The notes: generated by a model from the sequence alone, not told the origin. 64,000 nucleotides of DNA from Octopus bimaculoides (GCF_001194135.2 NC_068996.1:39240807-39304806), one strand, 5' to 3'. Counted from the stretch's first letter, positions 1 through 12,094 are shown. Numbers and translations are program-made.

Positions 1-159
1 AGATGTGGTGGTCAGCTGTCAGGTAGTTTCTGACAAACTGGACTTCAAGCAGCCTCCTGCACTTGGTAGGCAAGACCCAATCATATTTGGTCAGCTATGT
101 CAATGGAACTAACCCATTCACAGTGGGCAGTATGTACCCTCATTGGGAATGGGCCAACC

Positions 160-517
160 AAAGCCTTGTGAGTGGATTTGGTAAGACAGAAACTGAAAGA
201 AGCATGTTGCATATATATATATATATATATATACCCACATGTATGTGTGTGTGTGTGTGTGTGTGTGTTTGTTCAACACACCACCACCACTTGACAACCA
301 GTGTTGGTGTGTTTGCATCCCTGTAACTTAGCAGTTCAGCAAAAAGAGACTGATAGCTTCAGAATAGAACAGATTGGCTTTAATAATAATAATAATAATA
401 ATAACAACAACAACAATTAAAAAAAAAAACTAGGGTAGATTTGTTTGATTAAACCCTATAAAATGGTGCTCCAGCATGGCCACAGTCAAAAGACTGAAAC
501 AAGTATCAGATAAAAGA
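160..517 (+). mobile_element. SINE family A copy (partial body + TA/TG microsatellite + 3' half)
   Basis: Shares CCAAAGCCTTGTGAGTGGATTTGGTA..GAAACTGAAAGAAG and GGTGCTCCAGCATGGCCACAGTC..GACTGAAACAAGTA with ~20 other copies in the window. Confidence 0.8.
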
Positions 518-599
518 TGAAACTAAATAAACGTTGCATTGTAAACTTCAGGCTGTGATTAGATTGAAATGCCTTCTTCAAGGTAGCACACCCTTACTC

Positions 600-765
600 T
601 AATTTGGATATTCATGTTGATGTTAGGAAGAACATCCAGCCATAAAAACCCATGCCAAAACAGACAGTGAAGCCTGGTGCAGTCTTCTGGCTTGCCAGCG
701 CCTGACAAATCATCAAACACATGCCAGCATGGAAAATAGATGTTAAATAATGATGATGATGATGG
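600..765 (+). mobile_element. RTE-LINE 3' end fragment with (GAT)n tail
   Basis: TTAGGAAG..CATCCAGC..CATGCCAGCATGGAAA..GATGATGATGAT, the same tail as the RT-bearing copies at 6869-8053 and 44990-47290. Confidence 0.75.
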
Positions 766-1513
766 TATTGGGGTAGGTGAAAGTTAGTTTCTTTTCACCT
801 TCTCAAATAGTGTTACGGTGATAATAGAGACTCAAGTCTTTGTATAGTTCTTCTGAAATTTCTCATGATGGGGGTACTGCTGTACAAAAGGTCAACAGGA
901 GAAACTGGCTTGGCCAATTTGACCTAGTTATAATGCTATTATGTATGTCCCGCAATTGTTCACAATGCTCACATATTGCATCTTACAAATTAGAAGTCAT
1001 CTAAATTACAAATGAAGATATTTCCCACACAAACTTGTTTATCAAATTAAGCCCAAAGACACACACACACACCTGTAATCATTTCACTGTATACATACAC
1101 ACACTTGGAAATACACATGTACACGGGTATACATTATCACCTGTAACCACACACACACACACACATACATATCTGAAAACACACACATAATGCATATGGA
1201 TGATGGGTTGAATGAATAGGTGCTGAGAAATGAAATATGACAAGCCAGGTACATTGAAAATAAGAAAAACAGGAATATGTAATTAGACAAAGCATTAGAA
1301 AACAGTATTCCCAAATATAATGGAGTGGCTGAGGGGTGACTGTGAATATGAAGTTGGATAGAGATAACTAAAACCAGCTTGTAAAAAAGAATTATGTTTA
1401 ATTGACTGGGATAACAATGGTATGTGTATACCAGGCTATCAGCAAATAGATAATTTGAAGAAATACAACAATTCAATAGAATACTCAATGTTATACAGAC
1501 TGAAAATAGAAGT

Positions 1514-1955
1514 TTAAATCCTTTAGTATTTAAATAGGTGAAATCCAGCTCAAATATTCTACATGGTTTTACATTCAAACCAACCAGATCCTGCCTTTCA
1601 CACCAACCATACAATGTTATTCTAAAACTAAACAATCATATCATTGAAATCTCAAATTTATGAGATAAAGCTTGATCAATTCAAAACAATGTGAATAAAT
1701 AAGCATTACATTTGATAGAGTGATTTGAATGCTTAAAAGGTTAAATCAGCCGTATTTAGCCCAAATATTCAACCTATTTTATGTTCGAACTGACCAGATC
1801 TGCCTTCTGACACCCACCCCACAATGTTATTCTAAAAAAATAATCAATCACACCATTGAAATCTCCAAAGTTATGAGATAATGCATGATTAATTGAAAAC
1901 AATGTGAATAAATAAGCATCACATTCGACAGAATTATCTGAATGCTAAAAGATTA
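1514..1955. mobile_element. Two adjacent degenerate copies of a piggyBac-type MITE
   Basis: Ends resemble TTAA-CCCTTTAGCATT...AATGCTAAAGGG-TTAA; internal sequence repeated twice and shared with 19169-19396. Confidence 0.65.
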
Positions 1956-2350
1956 AAAAAACTATGATTATTTCAACAATGTTGCATAAGAAAAGATAAA
2001 TGAGAGAAGAAAGGGTGACTTTCATTGTAACGTTGGTTGGTTGTAATTCATAAGTTGAAAAATACACACACACACACACACACAGACATTTCCATTTTGG
2101 CCATGGAAGTAGTGTTAGTTATAAAAATTGTATTGGCATAGAGCTTGATAGTTCATGTTCTATTTCTGGTACCACAGTGAGTTCTTGAAAGATGCACTTA
2201 ACAGCACTTAATAATCCAACTCAGATGAACCTGCAATGGTCTAAAATTGTGCAAAAGCGAGAGAGAGAGAGAAAAAGAGGTTTCTTCCACAGCTATTGAG
2301 CAGTATAATATCTTTAAAATACTACATTGATTTCTGTAATAGTTAAACAG

Positions 2351-2499
2351 GTGCAGGCATGGCACGAAATATGCTTCTGGACTGTACAGTTCCGAGATTG
2401 GTTCCACTACTTGGCACCTTGCATAAGTGTCTTGTGCTACAGCTCCAAGCCGACCAAAGCTTTATGAGTAAATTTGGTGGACGGAAATGGAAAGAAGTC

Positions 2500-2542
<43 letters not shown>

Positions 2543-2800
2543 ATGTGTGTGTGTGTGTTACTGTCTCTTTATCTTGACATCATGTGATAGTTCCAAGTGA
2601 ATACCATTATGCAAGCAGTATCCTTTTGTTTCCAATCACTCATGAAAACATGTCTTATCACAGGGGAATATTACTTCACTTGGAAACAGGTGAGGGTTGG
2701 TGAGAGGAAGGGCATCCAACTGTAGAAAATCTGTCTCCACAAATTCCATCTGACCCATGCAAGCATGGAAAAGTGAACACTAAAGTGACAATGATAAACA
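2351..2800 (+). mobile_element. SINE family A head joined to an RTE-type 3' tail
   Basis: Family A 5' half, then (TA)n, then a different 3' half ending GGAAGGGCATCCAACTGTAGAAAA..CCCATGCAAGCATGGAAAAG. Confidence 0.7.
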
Positions 2801-3133
2801 ACCCTACTGGATTAAAATATACTATATATGAAGTTATTAATTCATAACTATATTGTATTTTTTTTCTTAATTAGAAATGAAATCTAAGATATATCTTTTT
2901 GTTTTTTTGATAAGCAAAAATTTCTACCCTTGATTATGAAAATTGAATAAAATGATTAAATCACATTTTATTTCTTCATGAGCAGAAAAAAGTGTGCTTT
3001 GTTGACTAGTTTTTAGTTAATTTGATCTCCGTCAGAGAAGGAATACAGATCTTTTGTTCAGAGATTAAGGGCTTGCAGTTATTTTTAGTATACACAAATT
3101 GGGACTATATTACACAAATCAAACTAAATGTAT

Positions 3134-3174
<41 letters not shown>

Positions 3175-3282
3175 TTAAAATAAGTATGAGGAGATAAGTG
3201 AAAGTAAAGTGATTGAGTTAAAATAAGTGAAAGTATAGTGATTGAGTTAAAACTGTTGTTGAGATAACTGAAGTATACTTAC

Positions 3283-3352
3283 TATTCATTTGTAGCATCC
3301 TCAAGAGTGTTACCATTTACACTAAGCAGCTGGTCACCAACTTTCAGCTGAC
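3283..3352 (-). CDS. STXBP4: Coding exon 4 of PDZ-domain gene (STXBP4-like): (G)QLKVGDQLLSVNGNTLEDATNE
   Basis: Acceptor ttttctaatttcacag and donor gtaagtat; 70 nt, phase 1 in and phase 2 out; classic PDZ G.LKVGDQLLSVNG motif. The exon is well supported, the gene name is recalled similarity only (~0.6). Confidence 0.9.
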
Positions 3353-3767
3353 CTGTGAAATTAGAAAAAGACATTAAAAAAATGAGTGGAGAATATTGAA
3401 TGTTCACAGGAATGCCTACTACAAATCATTTAATGTCAGTTTTCCATGCTCGCAAGCANNNNNNNNNNNNNNNNNNNNNNNNNNNNNNNNNNNNNNNNNN
3501 NNNNNNNNNNNNNNNNNNNNNNNNNNNNNNNNNNNNNNNNNNNNNNNNNNNNNNNNNNNNNNNNNNNNNNNNNNNNNNNNNNNNNNNNNNNNNNNNNNNN
3601 NNNNNNNNNNNNNNNNNNNNNNNNNNNNNNNNNNNNNNNNNNNNNNNNNNNNNNNNNNNNNNNNNNNNNNNNNNNNNNNNNNNNNNNNNNNNNNNNNNNN
3701 NNNNNNNNNNNNNNNNNNNNNNNNNNNNNNNNNNNNNNNNNNNNNNNNNNNNNNNNNNNNNNNNNNN

Positions 3768-4015
3768 TCCCATAGCTGGATGCCCTTCCTAGTGCCAACC
3801 ACTTTATAGTGTGTGCTGAGTGCTAGAGTTGGCAAGCTAGAGAGCTGCACCAGGTTCCAGTCTGATTTGGCCTGGTTTCTACAGCTGGATGCCCTTCCTA
3901 ATGCCAACCACTTTACAGAGTGTAATGGGTGCTTTTTACATGGCACCAGCATTAGTGGTTTTTCATGTGGAGCCATTGCCAGAGCCTTTTACATGGCACC
4001 AGCACCAGTGCATAT
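3768..4015 (-). mobile_element. RTE-LINE 3' UTR-type repeat
   Basis: CAGCTGGATGCCCTTCCTAATGCCAACCACTTTACAGAGTG, present twice. Confidence 0.75.
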
Positions 4016-4242
4016 TTAAGTTACAAAAATAATGATTTTTTTTTTCTTTTACACTATCACCCTGCCACAAATTTCTATTCAGATGCAAGTATGACTGTAT
4101 GATAAAACAGCTCATGTATTGATGTGGTCTGGGTTTAATCATCTTGCCTGGCATTATGAGCAAGTGATTTCAGCCATAGCCTTATGAGGAAATTTTGCTA
4201 AAGAGAAACTGCATGGAACCCTTCCAAACCTCAGTGGAATAC

Positions 4243-4494
4243 TTAACCCTTTAGCATTCAGATCACTCTGTCAAATTTAATACTAATTTATTCACAGGGT
4301 TTTGAATTAATCACACATGATCAGGCACAGGAGTGGGTGTGTAGTAAGTAGCTTGCTTAAGAAAAACATAGTTCCGGGTTCAGTCCCACTGTGTGGCACT
4401 TTGGGCAAGTGTCTTCTACTATAGCCTCGGGCCGACCAAAGCCTTGTGAGTGGATTTGGTAGACGGAAACTGAAAGAAGCCCGTTGTATATATG

Positions 4495-4584
<90 letters not shown>

Positions 4585-5010
4585 TCCCCAACATCGCTTG
4601 ACAACTGATGGTGGTGTGTTTATGTCCCCGTAACTTAGCGGTTCAGCAAAAGAGACCAATAGAATAAGTACTAGGCTTACTGGGGTCGATTTGTTCGACT
4701 AAAGGCGGTGCTCCAACATGGCCACAGTCAAATGACTGAAACAAGTAAAAGAGTATCTAAGCTTTGAGATTTTGATAATGTAATTGTTCATTTTTAGAAT
4801 GACATAGTTTGGTAAGTGTGAGAGGCAAGATCTGGCCAGTTTGATGATAAAACCTGTGGAATATTTTGGCCAGATATGACTGGTTTAACCTTTTAGCATC
4901 CAGATTACTGTCAAACGTAATGCTTATTTTCGGAACGACATTGTAGGGTAGGTGTGAGGGGCCAGATCTGGCCATTTGAAAATAAAACAGGTAAAATATT
5001 TGAACTGGAT
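4243..5010. mobile_element. piggyBac-type MITE(s) interrupted by a SINE A insertion
   Basis: TTAACCCTTTAGCATT at 4243; MITE body resumes at ~4757 after the SINE; second partial copy from ~4884. Confidence 0.65.
4324..4752 (+). mobile_element. Full-length SINE family A (tRNA-like head, central (TG)n, 3' half)
   Basis: B-box-like GGGTTCAGTCCC in the head; ~80-bp TG repeat; ends GACTGAAACAAGTAAAAGAG. Confidence 0.85.
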
Positions 5011-6695
5011 ATGAACATAAATATAATTCGTACGTCTGATTCAAAGATGGCACAAGCAATTGAAATCAAATAGCATATGATAACACACTGTGGCTGTCTA
5101 TGCAGTCACACTTGACCTGTTAGAAATTGCAGCTAAATCTCTATTAACCCCATGACAATGGATTTTTATCAGACAACTAGGTTGCACCAATGGTAATTAT
5201 TTTGGCTGAGATCAGCAATTAGCGCATGACAACAGTTCAGCATATATTTATGTCAACCACTTTAAAGCATGTAGTGTTTATTTATGTAAACTGGGCAGAA
5301 CGCTCCTGAGGTATTGCTGCAGAAATAAGATCACATGACAGTGTAAAAAGAATTTGCTGAACATGAACGAATTTGATAGGAAGTCATAGTGGAAATGGTA
5401 GTGTAACTGCCAAGACTGCTGCTTTTATATTATTATGGTGACGAAGTCTTGAACTGAGTTGGAAATATTTACATGAAAAGTCTAATGAACCTATCAGATT
5501 CCTTGAAATTTGCACAATGGCCTCTATTATCGATTCCATGAGTGATAGTGGATATCTATATCAACCGGTACACAAACAAGTACAAAACTGCAGCAGAGAG
5601 AGCTGCATATATTTTTGTCATTTGATTCAAAGCAAGTACACAGCGCATGTAAATTTACGTCAACCAATGTTATGGGATTAATTTCTACCCTCCTTGTCTT
5701 AGAAGAGGACACCTGTAATAATGTATTGCAGGTGTACTATTTTTGAAAAACAGACAAGATTAAGATGGCTGAAACATCTTTGATGGAATGTCTTTTTGAT
5801 CAGCAATAACCAAGGCTTTACCAACAATACACATCAGAAGCTAAGAGTTTGAAAATATAAATTGATAACATGAAACAGAAAACACGTGTAGAACCATCAA
5901 CTTCACTATTCATCCAGCCAGGTTACACCTTCCAAGAACAATATGTTAATGTACTCCTACAAACCTTCACTGGAGATACAAAAGTAATAAAAATAAAATG
6001 AATTTAAAAAAAAAAGCTTATAATCAGTTTTAATGATGATTATTCAGTTGCTGATCATTGTAAGTGGCAGAACATTCTACAATTCCAATATGTGTATTTT
6101 TAATGTAATTCTCAAATGGTATCAGTGAGATACAATGAGACAGATCTTAACCTTTACATTACAGGTTAATCCCTTCAACAGGACTTTTGTATTGTTTTGG
6201 TCAACCCAATTTCACTGACATGCCTTTTGTCGACTTGCGGCTAAGCTACAATATGCGCACTCAAGATAACATGTAGTGGGATTGAATCTGAGATTCTGTG
6301 ATTGTGAAGCAAACTTCTGAACTGTTTAACCATTCTTCATTAAGATAAGTACAACGCCTCTATTCATCACTCAGTCTTGTACACTAAGCTACCACATCTA
6401 AATGCCAGCCAATTCCTCAACTCACTTATGACTGACTGCTTGTCATTGTCACAATATATTTTCACATATCAGTGAACAAAACAATACTTGCAGAAACTCA
6501 AAAAAGCACAGTGGAACAAATTGACAAAACCAATAACAAAGATATGTGCATGAGACAACACAGGAGATACAGCACCTTATAGAATTAATTGTCAAATCTC
6601 ACAGCATAACAGTTTATAAAAAAAAAGAAGGGTATATTTTATAAAGTAACCCTAAATGTACCATGTCATGTCTGCTATGTCTGATCAGAATCTAT

Positions 6696-8104
6696 TTAAT
6701 CCTTTAGCATTTAAACTGGTCAAATCTGGACCAGATATTCTACCTATTTTATGTTTGAACTGGTCAAATCTGACTTCTCACACCTACACTACAATGTCAT
6801 TCTAAAAATATACATAATCACATCACTGAAAGCTCTGAGCCACAAGACAATGCATAATTAATTTAAAATCATCATCATCATCATCGTTTAACGTCCGCTT
6901 TCCATGCTAGCATGGGTTGGACGATTTGACTGAGGACTGGTGAAACCGGATGGCAACACCAGGCTCCAGTCTGATTTGGCAGAGTTTCTACAGCTGGATG
7001 CCCTTCCTAACGCCAACCACTCAGAGAGTGTAGTGGGTGCTTTTACGTGTCACCCGCACGAAAACGGCCACGCTCGAAATGGTGTCTTTTATGTGCCNNN
7101 NNNNNNNNNNNNNNNNNNNNNNNNNNNNNNNNNNNNNNNNNNNNNNNNNNNNNNNNNNNNNNNNNNNNNNNNNNNNNNNNNNNNNNNNNNNNNNNNNNNN
7201 NNNNNNNNNNNNNNNNNNNNNNNNNNNNNNNNNNNNNNNNNNNNNNNNNNNNNNNNNNNNNNNNNNNNNNNNNNNNNNNNNNNNNNNNNNNNNNNNNNNN
7301 NNNNNNNNNNNNNNNNNNNNNNNNNNNNNNNNNNNNNNNNNNNNNNNNNNNNNNNNNNNNNNNNNNNNNNNNNNNNNNNNNNNNNNNNNNNNNNNNNNNN
7401 NNNNNNNNNNNNNNNNNNNNNNNNNNNNNNNNNNNNNNNNNNNNNNNNNNNNNNNNNNNNNNNNNNNNNNNNNNNNNNNNNNNNNNNNNNNNNNNNNNNN
7501 NNNNNNNNNNNNNNNNNNNNNNNNNNNNNNNNNNNNNNNNNNNNNNNNNNNNNNNNNNNNNNNNNNNNNNNNNNNNNNNNNNNNNNNNNNNNNNNNNNNN
7601 NNNNNNNNNNNNNNNNNNNNNNNNNNNNNNNNNNNNNNNNNNNNNNNNNNNNNNNNNNNNNNNNNNNNNNNNNNNNNNNNNNNNNNNNNNNNNNNNNNNN
7701 NNNGCCCAGATAGCGGAAGCTATCGACTACCTCTAGTTTTTCACCCTGGAATGAGATAGAAGTTGTTTCCTGTTTGTTTGCAGTCTTTATTGTACCTGAA
7801 CATCTGCCACAAACAAAAACTAACTTGCTAGTTAACCTGCCTTTGATGTTGCTGCACCTCTTATGTGTCCATAGCTTGCACCGGGTACATCTTATAGAGT
7901 TACTACCTACTCCTTTTCTACATACTGAGCAGGGCCATCTACCTGAAGGGGTTTGTGTTTTATCTACCTTCCTACTTATTAGGATTTTGGTTTTAGCTAG
8001 GTTGACTCTAAGGCCCTTCAATTCTAGACCTTGCTTCCACACCTGAAACTTCTGAATAAATAAGTATTACATTTGACAAAGAAATCTGAATGCTAAAGGG
8101 TTAA
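6696..8104. mobile_element. piggyBac-type MITE split by an RTE insertion
   Basis: TTAATCCTTTAGCATT at 6696 and AATGCTAAAGGGTTAA ending 8104; the halves 6696-6868 and 8054-8104 are colinear with the intact copy at 19169-19396. Confidence 0.75.
6869..8053 (-). mobile_element. 5'-truncated, relatively young RTE-clade LINE (ORF2 C-terminal part + 3' UTR), partly in an N-gap
   Basis: Open frame 7704-8042 LKGLRVNLAKTKIL..CSVCRKGVGSNSIRCTRCKLWTHKRCS..KLEVVDSFRYLG; (GAT)n tail at 6869-6885; CpGs retained. Confidence 0.92.
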
Positions 8105-8267
8105 TCAAAGGTGACCTAGAGTTAAACAAAAGCATAAATAGTACAATGCAAACAACGAACCAAGTAATGACAAAAGCACAAGACATATCCCATAAAGCGA
8201 TATTAAAAAAATAGCAATGTTAACTGCCAAATTATCACTGAAATATTCAAGTACAACAATTGACACG

Positions 8268-8582
8268 CCATTGGTTGTGACAATGAGGGTTCTAGTTGAT
8301 CTGATCAATAGAACAGCCAGCTCATGAAATTAACATGCAAGTGGTTGAGCACTCCACAGATGCACATACCCTTAATGTAGTTCCCAAGGAGATTCAGGGT
8401 GACACAGAATGTGACAAGGCTGACCCTTTCAAATACAGGTAGAACTTACTTTTGCCAGCTGAGTGGACCAGAGCAACGTGAAATAAAGTGTTTTGCTCAA
8501 GGACATAGAACGCCACTGGGAATTGAACTCATGACCTTGCGATCATGAATCAAATACCCTAACCACTAAGCCATGTGCCCTC
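8268..8582 (-). mobile_element. SINE family B head with an alternative tail
   Basis: tRNA-like head (rc GCACATGGCTTAGTGGTTAGGG..GAGTTCAATTCC) and core TTGCTCTGGTCCACTCAGCTG. Confidence 0.75.
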
Positions 8583-8789
8583 ACTAATATTCAAGTAAAT
8601 AGCAAACATAGCGACACCGTACATAACAGGAATTAGACTCAGAATAAAGTAACTAAACAGAAAAATAAATAAAGAAAATAAATCAGAGAATCAATAGACA
8701 AATGCCAACATTGGTGTCTTATACAAAATACCAAATCAAGTCTTGAAGGAATTTTAGTAACGTCCATACATGTTCCAATATCAAATTTA

Positions 8790-9270
8790 GTGACATGTAC
8801 GTTGCATCATAATATCACAACTCTAGTAGCAACATTCACAAAGCATCAGAATCTCCCATTATCAGCTTTAGTGGTATCACATATCATTATGATATCACAA
8901 TATAAGCTTAAATAACATTCACACAATATCATGTTACAAAACATCACTGTCTCACATTATCAACTTCAGCAGCATCACGTAACATTATCATGTCACAATA
9001 TAAACTTTAAATAACATTCACACACACACTATCATGTTACAATATCAACTTTAGTAACATTCATACCAACACCATTTTACAATATCGACATTAATTAATA
9101 ATGACATTCACTAAAACATCACAATTTCACACCATCAACTTCAGTAACATCACACATAAAATTCATAACGTAAACTATTAATATTCACATAACATACATC
9201 ATGATGTTCTAATATCAACTTTAGCAACATTTATAGGTCATGTCACAATATAAACTTCAACACCCACAAA
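8790..9270. repeat. Degenerate G-poor minisatellite, ~35-40 bp unit, about 12 copies
   Basis: Recurrent ATCATG(T)TACAATATCAACTTTAGTAACATTCAC motif. Confidence 0.65.
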
Positions 9271-9279
9271 ACATCATGG

Positions 9280-9888
9280 TGGAGGCGCATGGTTTAGTGG
9301 TTAGGGTGTGGGACTCAATGATCGTAACATTGTGGTTTCAATTCCTAAACTGGGCAATGCATTGTGTTTTTCACCAAAACACTTCACTTTCATGTAAGCT
9401 CCAGTCCACTCAGATGACAAAAATGAATATTCCCATGACAGACTAGTGTCTCGTCCAGGTGGGGAATATATACATGCCAGAGAATCTTGGAAACCAACCA
9501 AAGCCTTACAAGTAGATTTGGTTGATGTGACTGTGTTTGTCCCCTATCATCACTTGACAACCAATGTTAGTGTGTTTATGTCCCTTGTAACTTAGAGTTT
9601 CGGTAAAAGAAACCGATAGAATAAATACTAGGCTTACAAAGAGTACAGCTGAAACTCGATCTGGCTCTGTAGTACAAATGTCTTGTTTTCAAAAGTTCTG
9701 AATTAAAATTTTCCACCAAACCTTAGTCACAATTTATGTTCCTAACATTAGCTTACTGATGATTAAGTTATTTTACTAAATTCTTTGTTATATTTAAAAT
9801 AATTGAAAGAAATGCAGAGCATCTCAAAATAAATATGGTTATGAAAGGGTTAAGGTGGTGCTCCAGCATGGCCACAGTGATATATTGT
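9280..9888 (+). mobile_element. Chimeric SINE: family B head + family A 3' half, containing a piggyBac-type MITE fragment (~9654-9853)
   Basis: GGAGGCGCATGGTTTAGTGGTTAGGG head; CCAAAGCCTTACAAGTAGATTTGG..GCTTACAAAG; resumes GGTGGTGCTCCAGCATGGCCACAG after ...AAAGGGTTAA. Confidence 0.65.
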
Positions 9889-9934
9889 TCTGGAAGAAGT
9901 TTAGGTTCATGTTCATTCACAAATGCAGCCAAGT

Positions 9935-10885
9935 CTGTGATGTCATAATTTATCTCTTGCTATGTCTCTTGAAGTTAAACCATTAATTTGACGGTTTGTT
10001 TTTGGCAGTCCAGAGCCAGACTCTTGCAAATTTTTGCCTCCTATGGCCAAAACTTGATCCTCAACTTCAATCAGTGCTGGGTTAAAAATTGTTTCAGAGA
10101 ACTGATTATTGATATCTGGGTTTGCCTGTTGAACTGCATACTTTAAGTCTTCAGCCATGTCTTCACAATGTTTCATCCAAAGTTGTAGGAGACTGCCAGG
10201 TTGACACATATTCAGTATAATTGCGAAAAAAGTTACAGAGTTTCCTTGGAGAATCTGATACCGATGATTCAGTCAATGCAAGGTCCCAATGTTCATCATT
10301 TTATAAAAAAAAAAACCTTGTCGATAGTATGTTTCCCTACAAGTTTCACACATATGACCATTTACTCACCTCGAATCTTGGAATGATTTGGGACCACGTA
10401 CTTCATGCAAAAGGAGGCATAAGTAGTAGCATTCTGCTTGGCCAATTGAGGGGGGGGGGCACTGTATACTCTTACAAGAGCATCTGTCCCACATTTCCTC
10501 TTGTGCCATTTATTGTGTCTCCAGATGTAATACTCAAGTAATTGTGGGTAAAGGAGTTTTCTTACATCTTCATCTACTTAAAACAGTTTTCTTTTGAAGA
10601 AAGTCCTTGTTGCAAGATTGTTTGTTTTGTGAAGATAGCCCAGTGGTCATTCTCTATGTGGACACTCAGATGAATGATGGCTGGGTGCCTCTCACGAATG
10701 GGAAAATTGAAGATGCACCAAAAAGCCTCATTGGTACTAATATATCTTCTATCATACTGTGCATCTTCGTCATTTTTATTTATCAGCTGACTGCCATTCT
10801 GCATAAGAGTTTATGTTGCAACATCTAAACCTTTGTTTATATATTTGCAAACATACTTGATAGAGTTATCCAACATTGACTTTGG
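9935..10885 (-). mobile_element. Fossil Helitron RepHel fragment (Rep C-terminal motif to pre-helicase region), with frameshifts and stops
   Basis: Manual translation gives SIKYVCKYINKGLD, RRYISTNEAFWCIFNFPIRERHPAIIHLSVHIEN, QAECYYLCLLLHEVRGPKSFQD, NDEHWDLAL and MCQPGSLLQLWMKHCEDMAED, in the Helitron order. Confidence 0.9.
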
Positions 10886-11117
10886 CTACCTGTACTCATC
10901 TTGGCTTCAATGTAGAATACTGATCGTCTAAATCTACCCCAACTCCTCTTCTACAGTGAGAACATGCTTCTTGGAAATATTTCCGAAAATTAAAATGGGG
11001 ATTAAATGAAAAAATGAGTTGCGTGAATATCTTTACAAGAGTGACTGAAATAAGTGGCGATTGTGGAATGCCCTACGCACGCACATACACACACAGTATC
11101 AAACATTCGATGAAATG

Positions 11118-11173
<56 letters not shown>

Positions 11174-11406
11174 GGAAAGTGAGAAAGAGAGCCAGACATC
11201 ACCTTCTGTCANNNNNNNNNNAAAGTGAGAAAGAGAGCCAGACATCACCTTCTGTCACACACACACACACATACAAAAAAGATGTATGCATATGTATTTA
11301 TGTATGTACGTATACATAACACACCCCTTGACTGACTCTCTCACAAACATACATACATAAATGTACAGAAACATACATATAAAAAACAAGCGTGCGCGTG
11401 TGTGTG

Positions 11407-11407
<1 letters not shown>

Positions 11408-11481
<74 letters not shown>

Positions 11482-11496
11482 AAGAGAGAGAGAGAA

Positions 11497-11556
<60 letters not shown>

Positions 11557-11572
11557 ATAAAGAGATAAAGAG
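11408..11572. repeat. (AG)n/(AGAAAG) microsatellite
   Basis: Direct reading. Confidence 0.95.
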
Positions 11573-11879
11573 AGAACATTGCAAACAATGAATGAAAGAA
11601 ACATGAAATGAAAAAATCATAAATAAAAGCTTGTTAAAAACTATCTTGTTCTGAATATTTAAATTTATGAACTTAGTAAATATTTCTTTCAGTAATTTAT
11701 CTTAGTTGTTTGCAAATAGCAAATTAAAAACTTGAAATGAAAACATTAAAATAGAGATTGAGAGACTTTGCAAATGAAAACGGAAAATTTCGCTGTTGCT
11801 ATGTCAATACCAGAAGTTGACATTGAGAAACCTTTTAAAAAAGAAGTGAATCATATAAAGAAAGCAATATTATTTCACA

Positions 11880-12051
11880 GTTCTATATTTAAGAGATGAA
11901 GAATTATGTACATTATTTACATATGACGGATATTTGTCCTCATCTTATTTGTTGTTAACACAACATTTTGGTTGATATACACTCCAGCCTTCATCAGGTG
12001 TCTTGGGGAAATTTTGAACCTGGGTTCTCATTCCTAAGGTATTTTCTTTTA

Positions 12052-12094
<43 letters not shown>

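Noticed and set aside
521-600. Minus-strand ATLKKAFQSNHSLKFTMQR as PDZ exon 5
   Set aside because: Superficially like PDZ alphaB-betaF, but there is no phase-2 acceptor, an in-frame stop lies just upstream, and there is no donor
2165-2200. Minus-strand (Y)AVKCIFQELTV as PDZ exon 5
   Set aside because: The phase fits, but the acceptor (attattaag) lacks a pyrimidine tract and the peptide does not continue the PDZ fold
3396-3976. Long X-containing ORFs here and at 7.0-8.0, 26.8-27.5, 34.6-35.0, 52.6-52.9, 55.2-55.5 and 57.7-59.3 kb
   Set aside because: Artefacts of N-gaps being read as open codons
4307-4659. HT/ER/SL/YI/CV-repeat ORFs (also 11.0-11.6, 25.5, 41.5-41.9 and 56.5 kb)
   Set aside because: Translations of dinucleotide microsatellites
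9280-9360. tRNA-like sequences (also 18585, 30100-30170, 35600 and the family A heads)
   Set aside because: They have A/B-box-like motifs but no complete cloverleaf and continue into SINE bodies; these are SINE heads, not tRNA genes
11175-11258. Direct repeat AAAGTGAGAAAGAGAGCCAGACATCACCTTCTGTCA flanking a 10-N gap
   Set aside because: Most likely unmerged contig overlap (assembly artefact)
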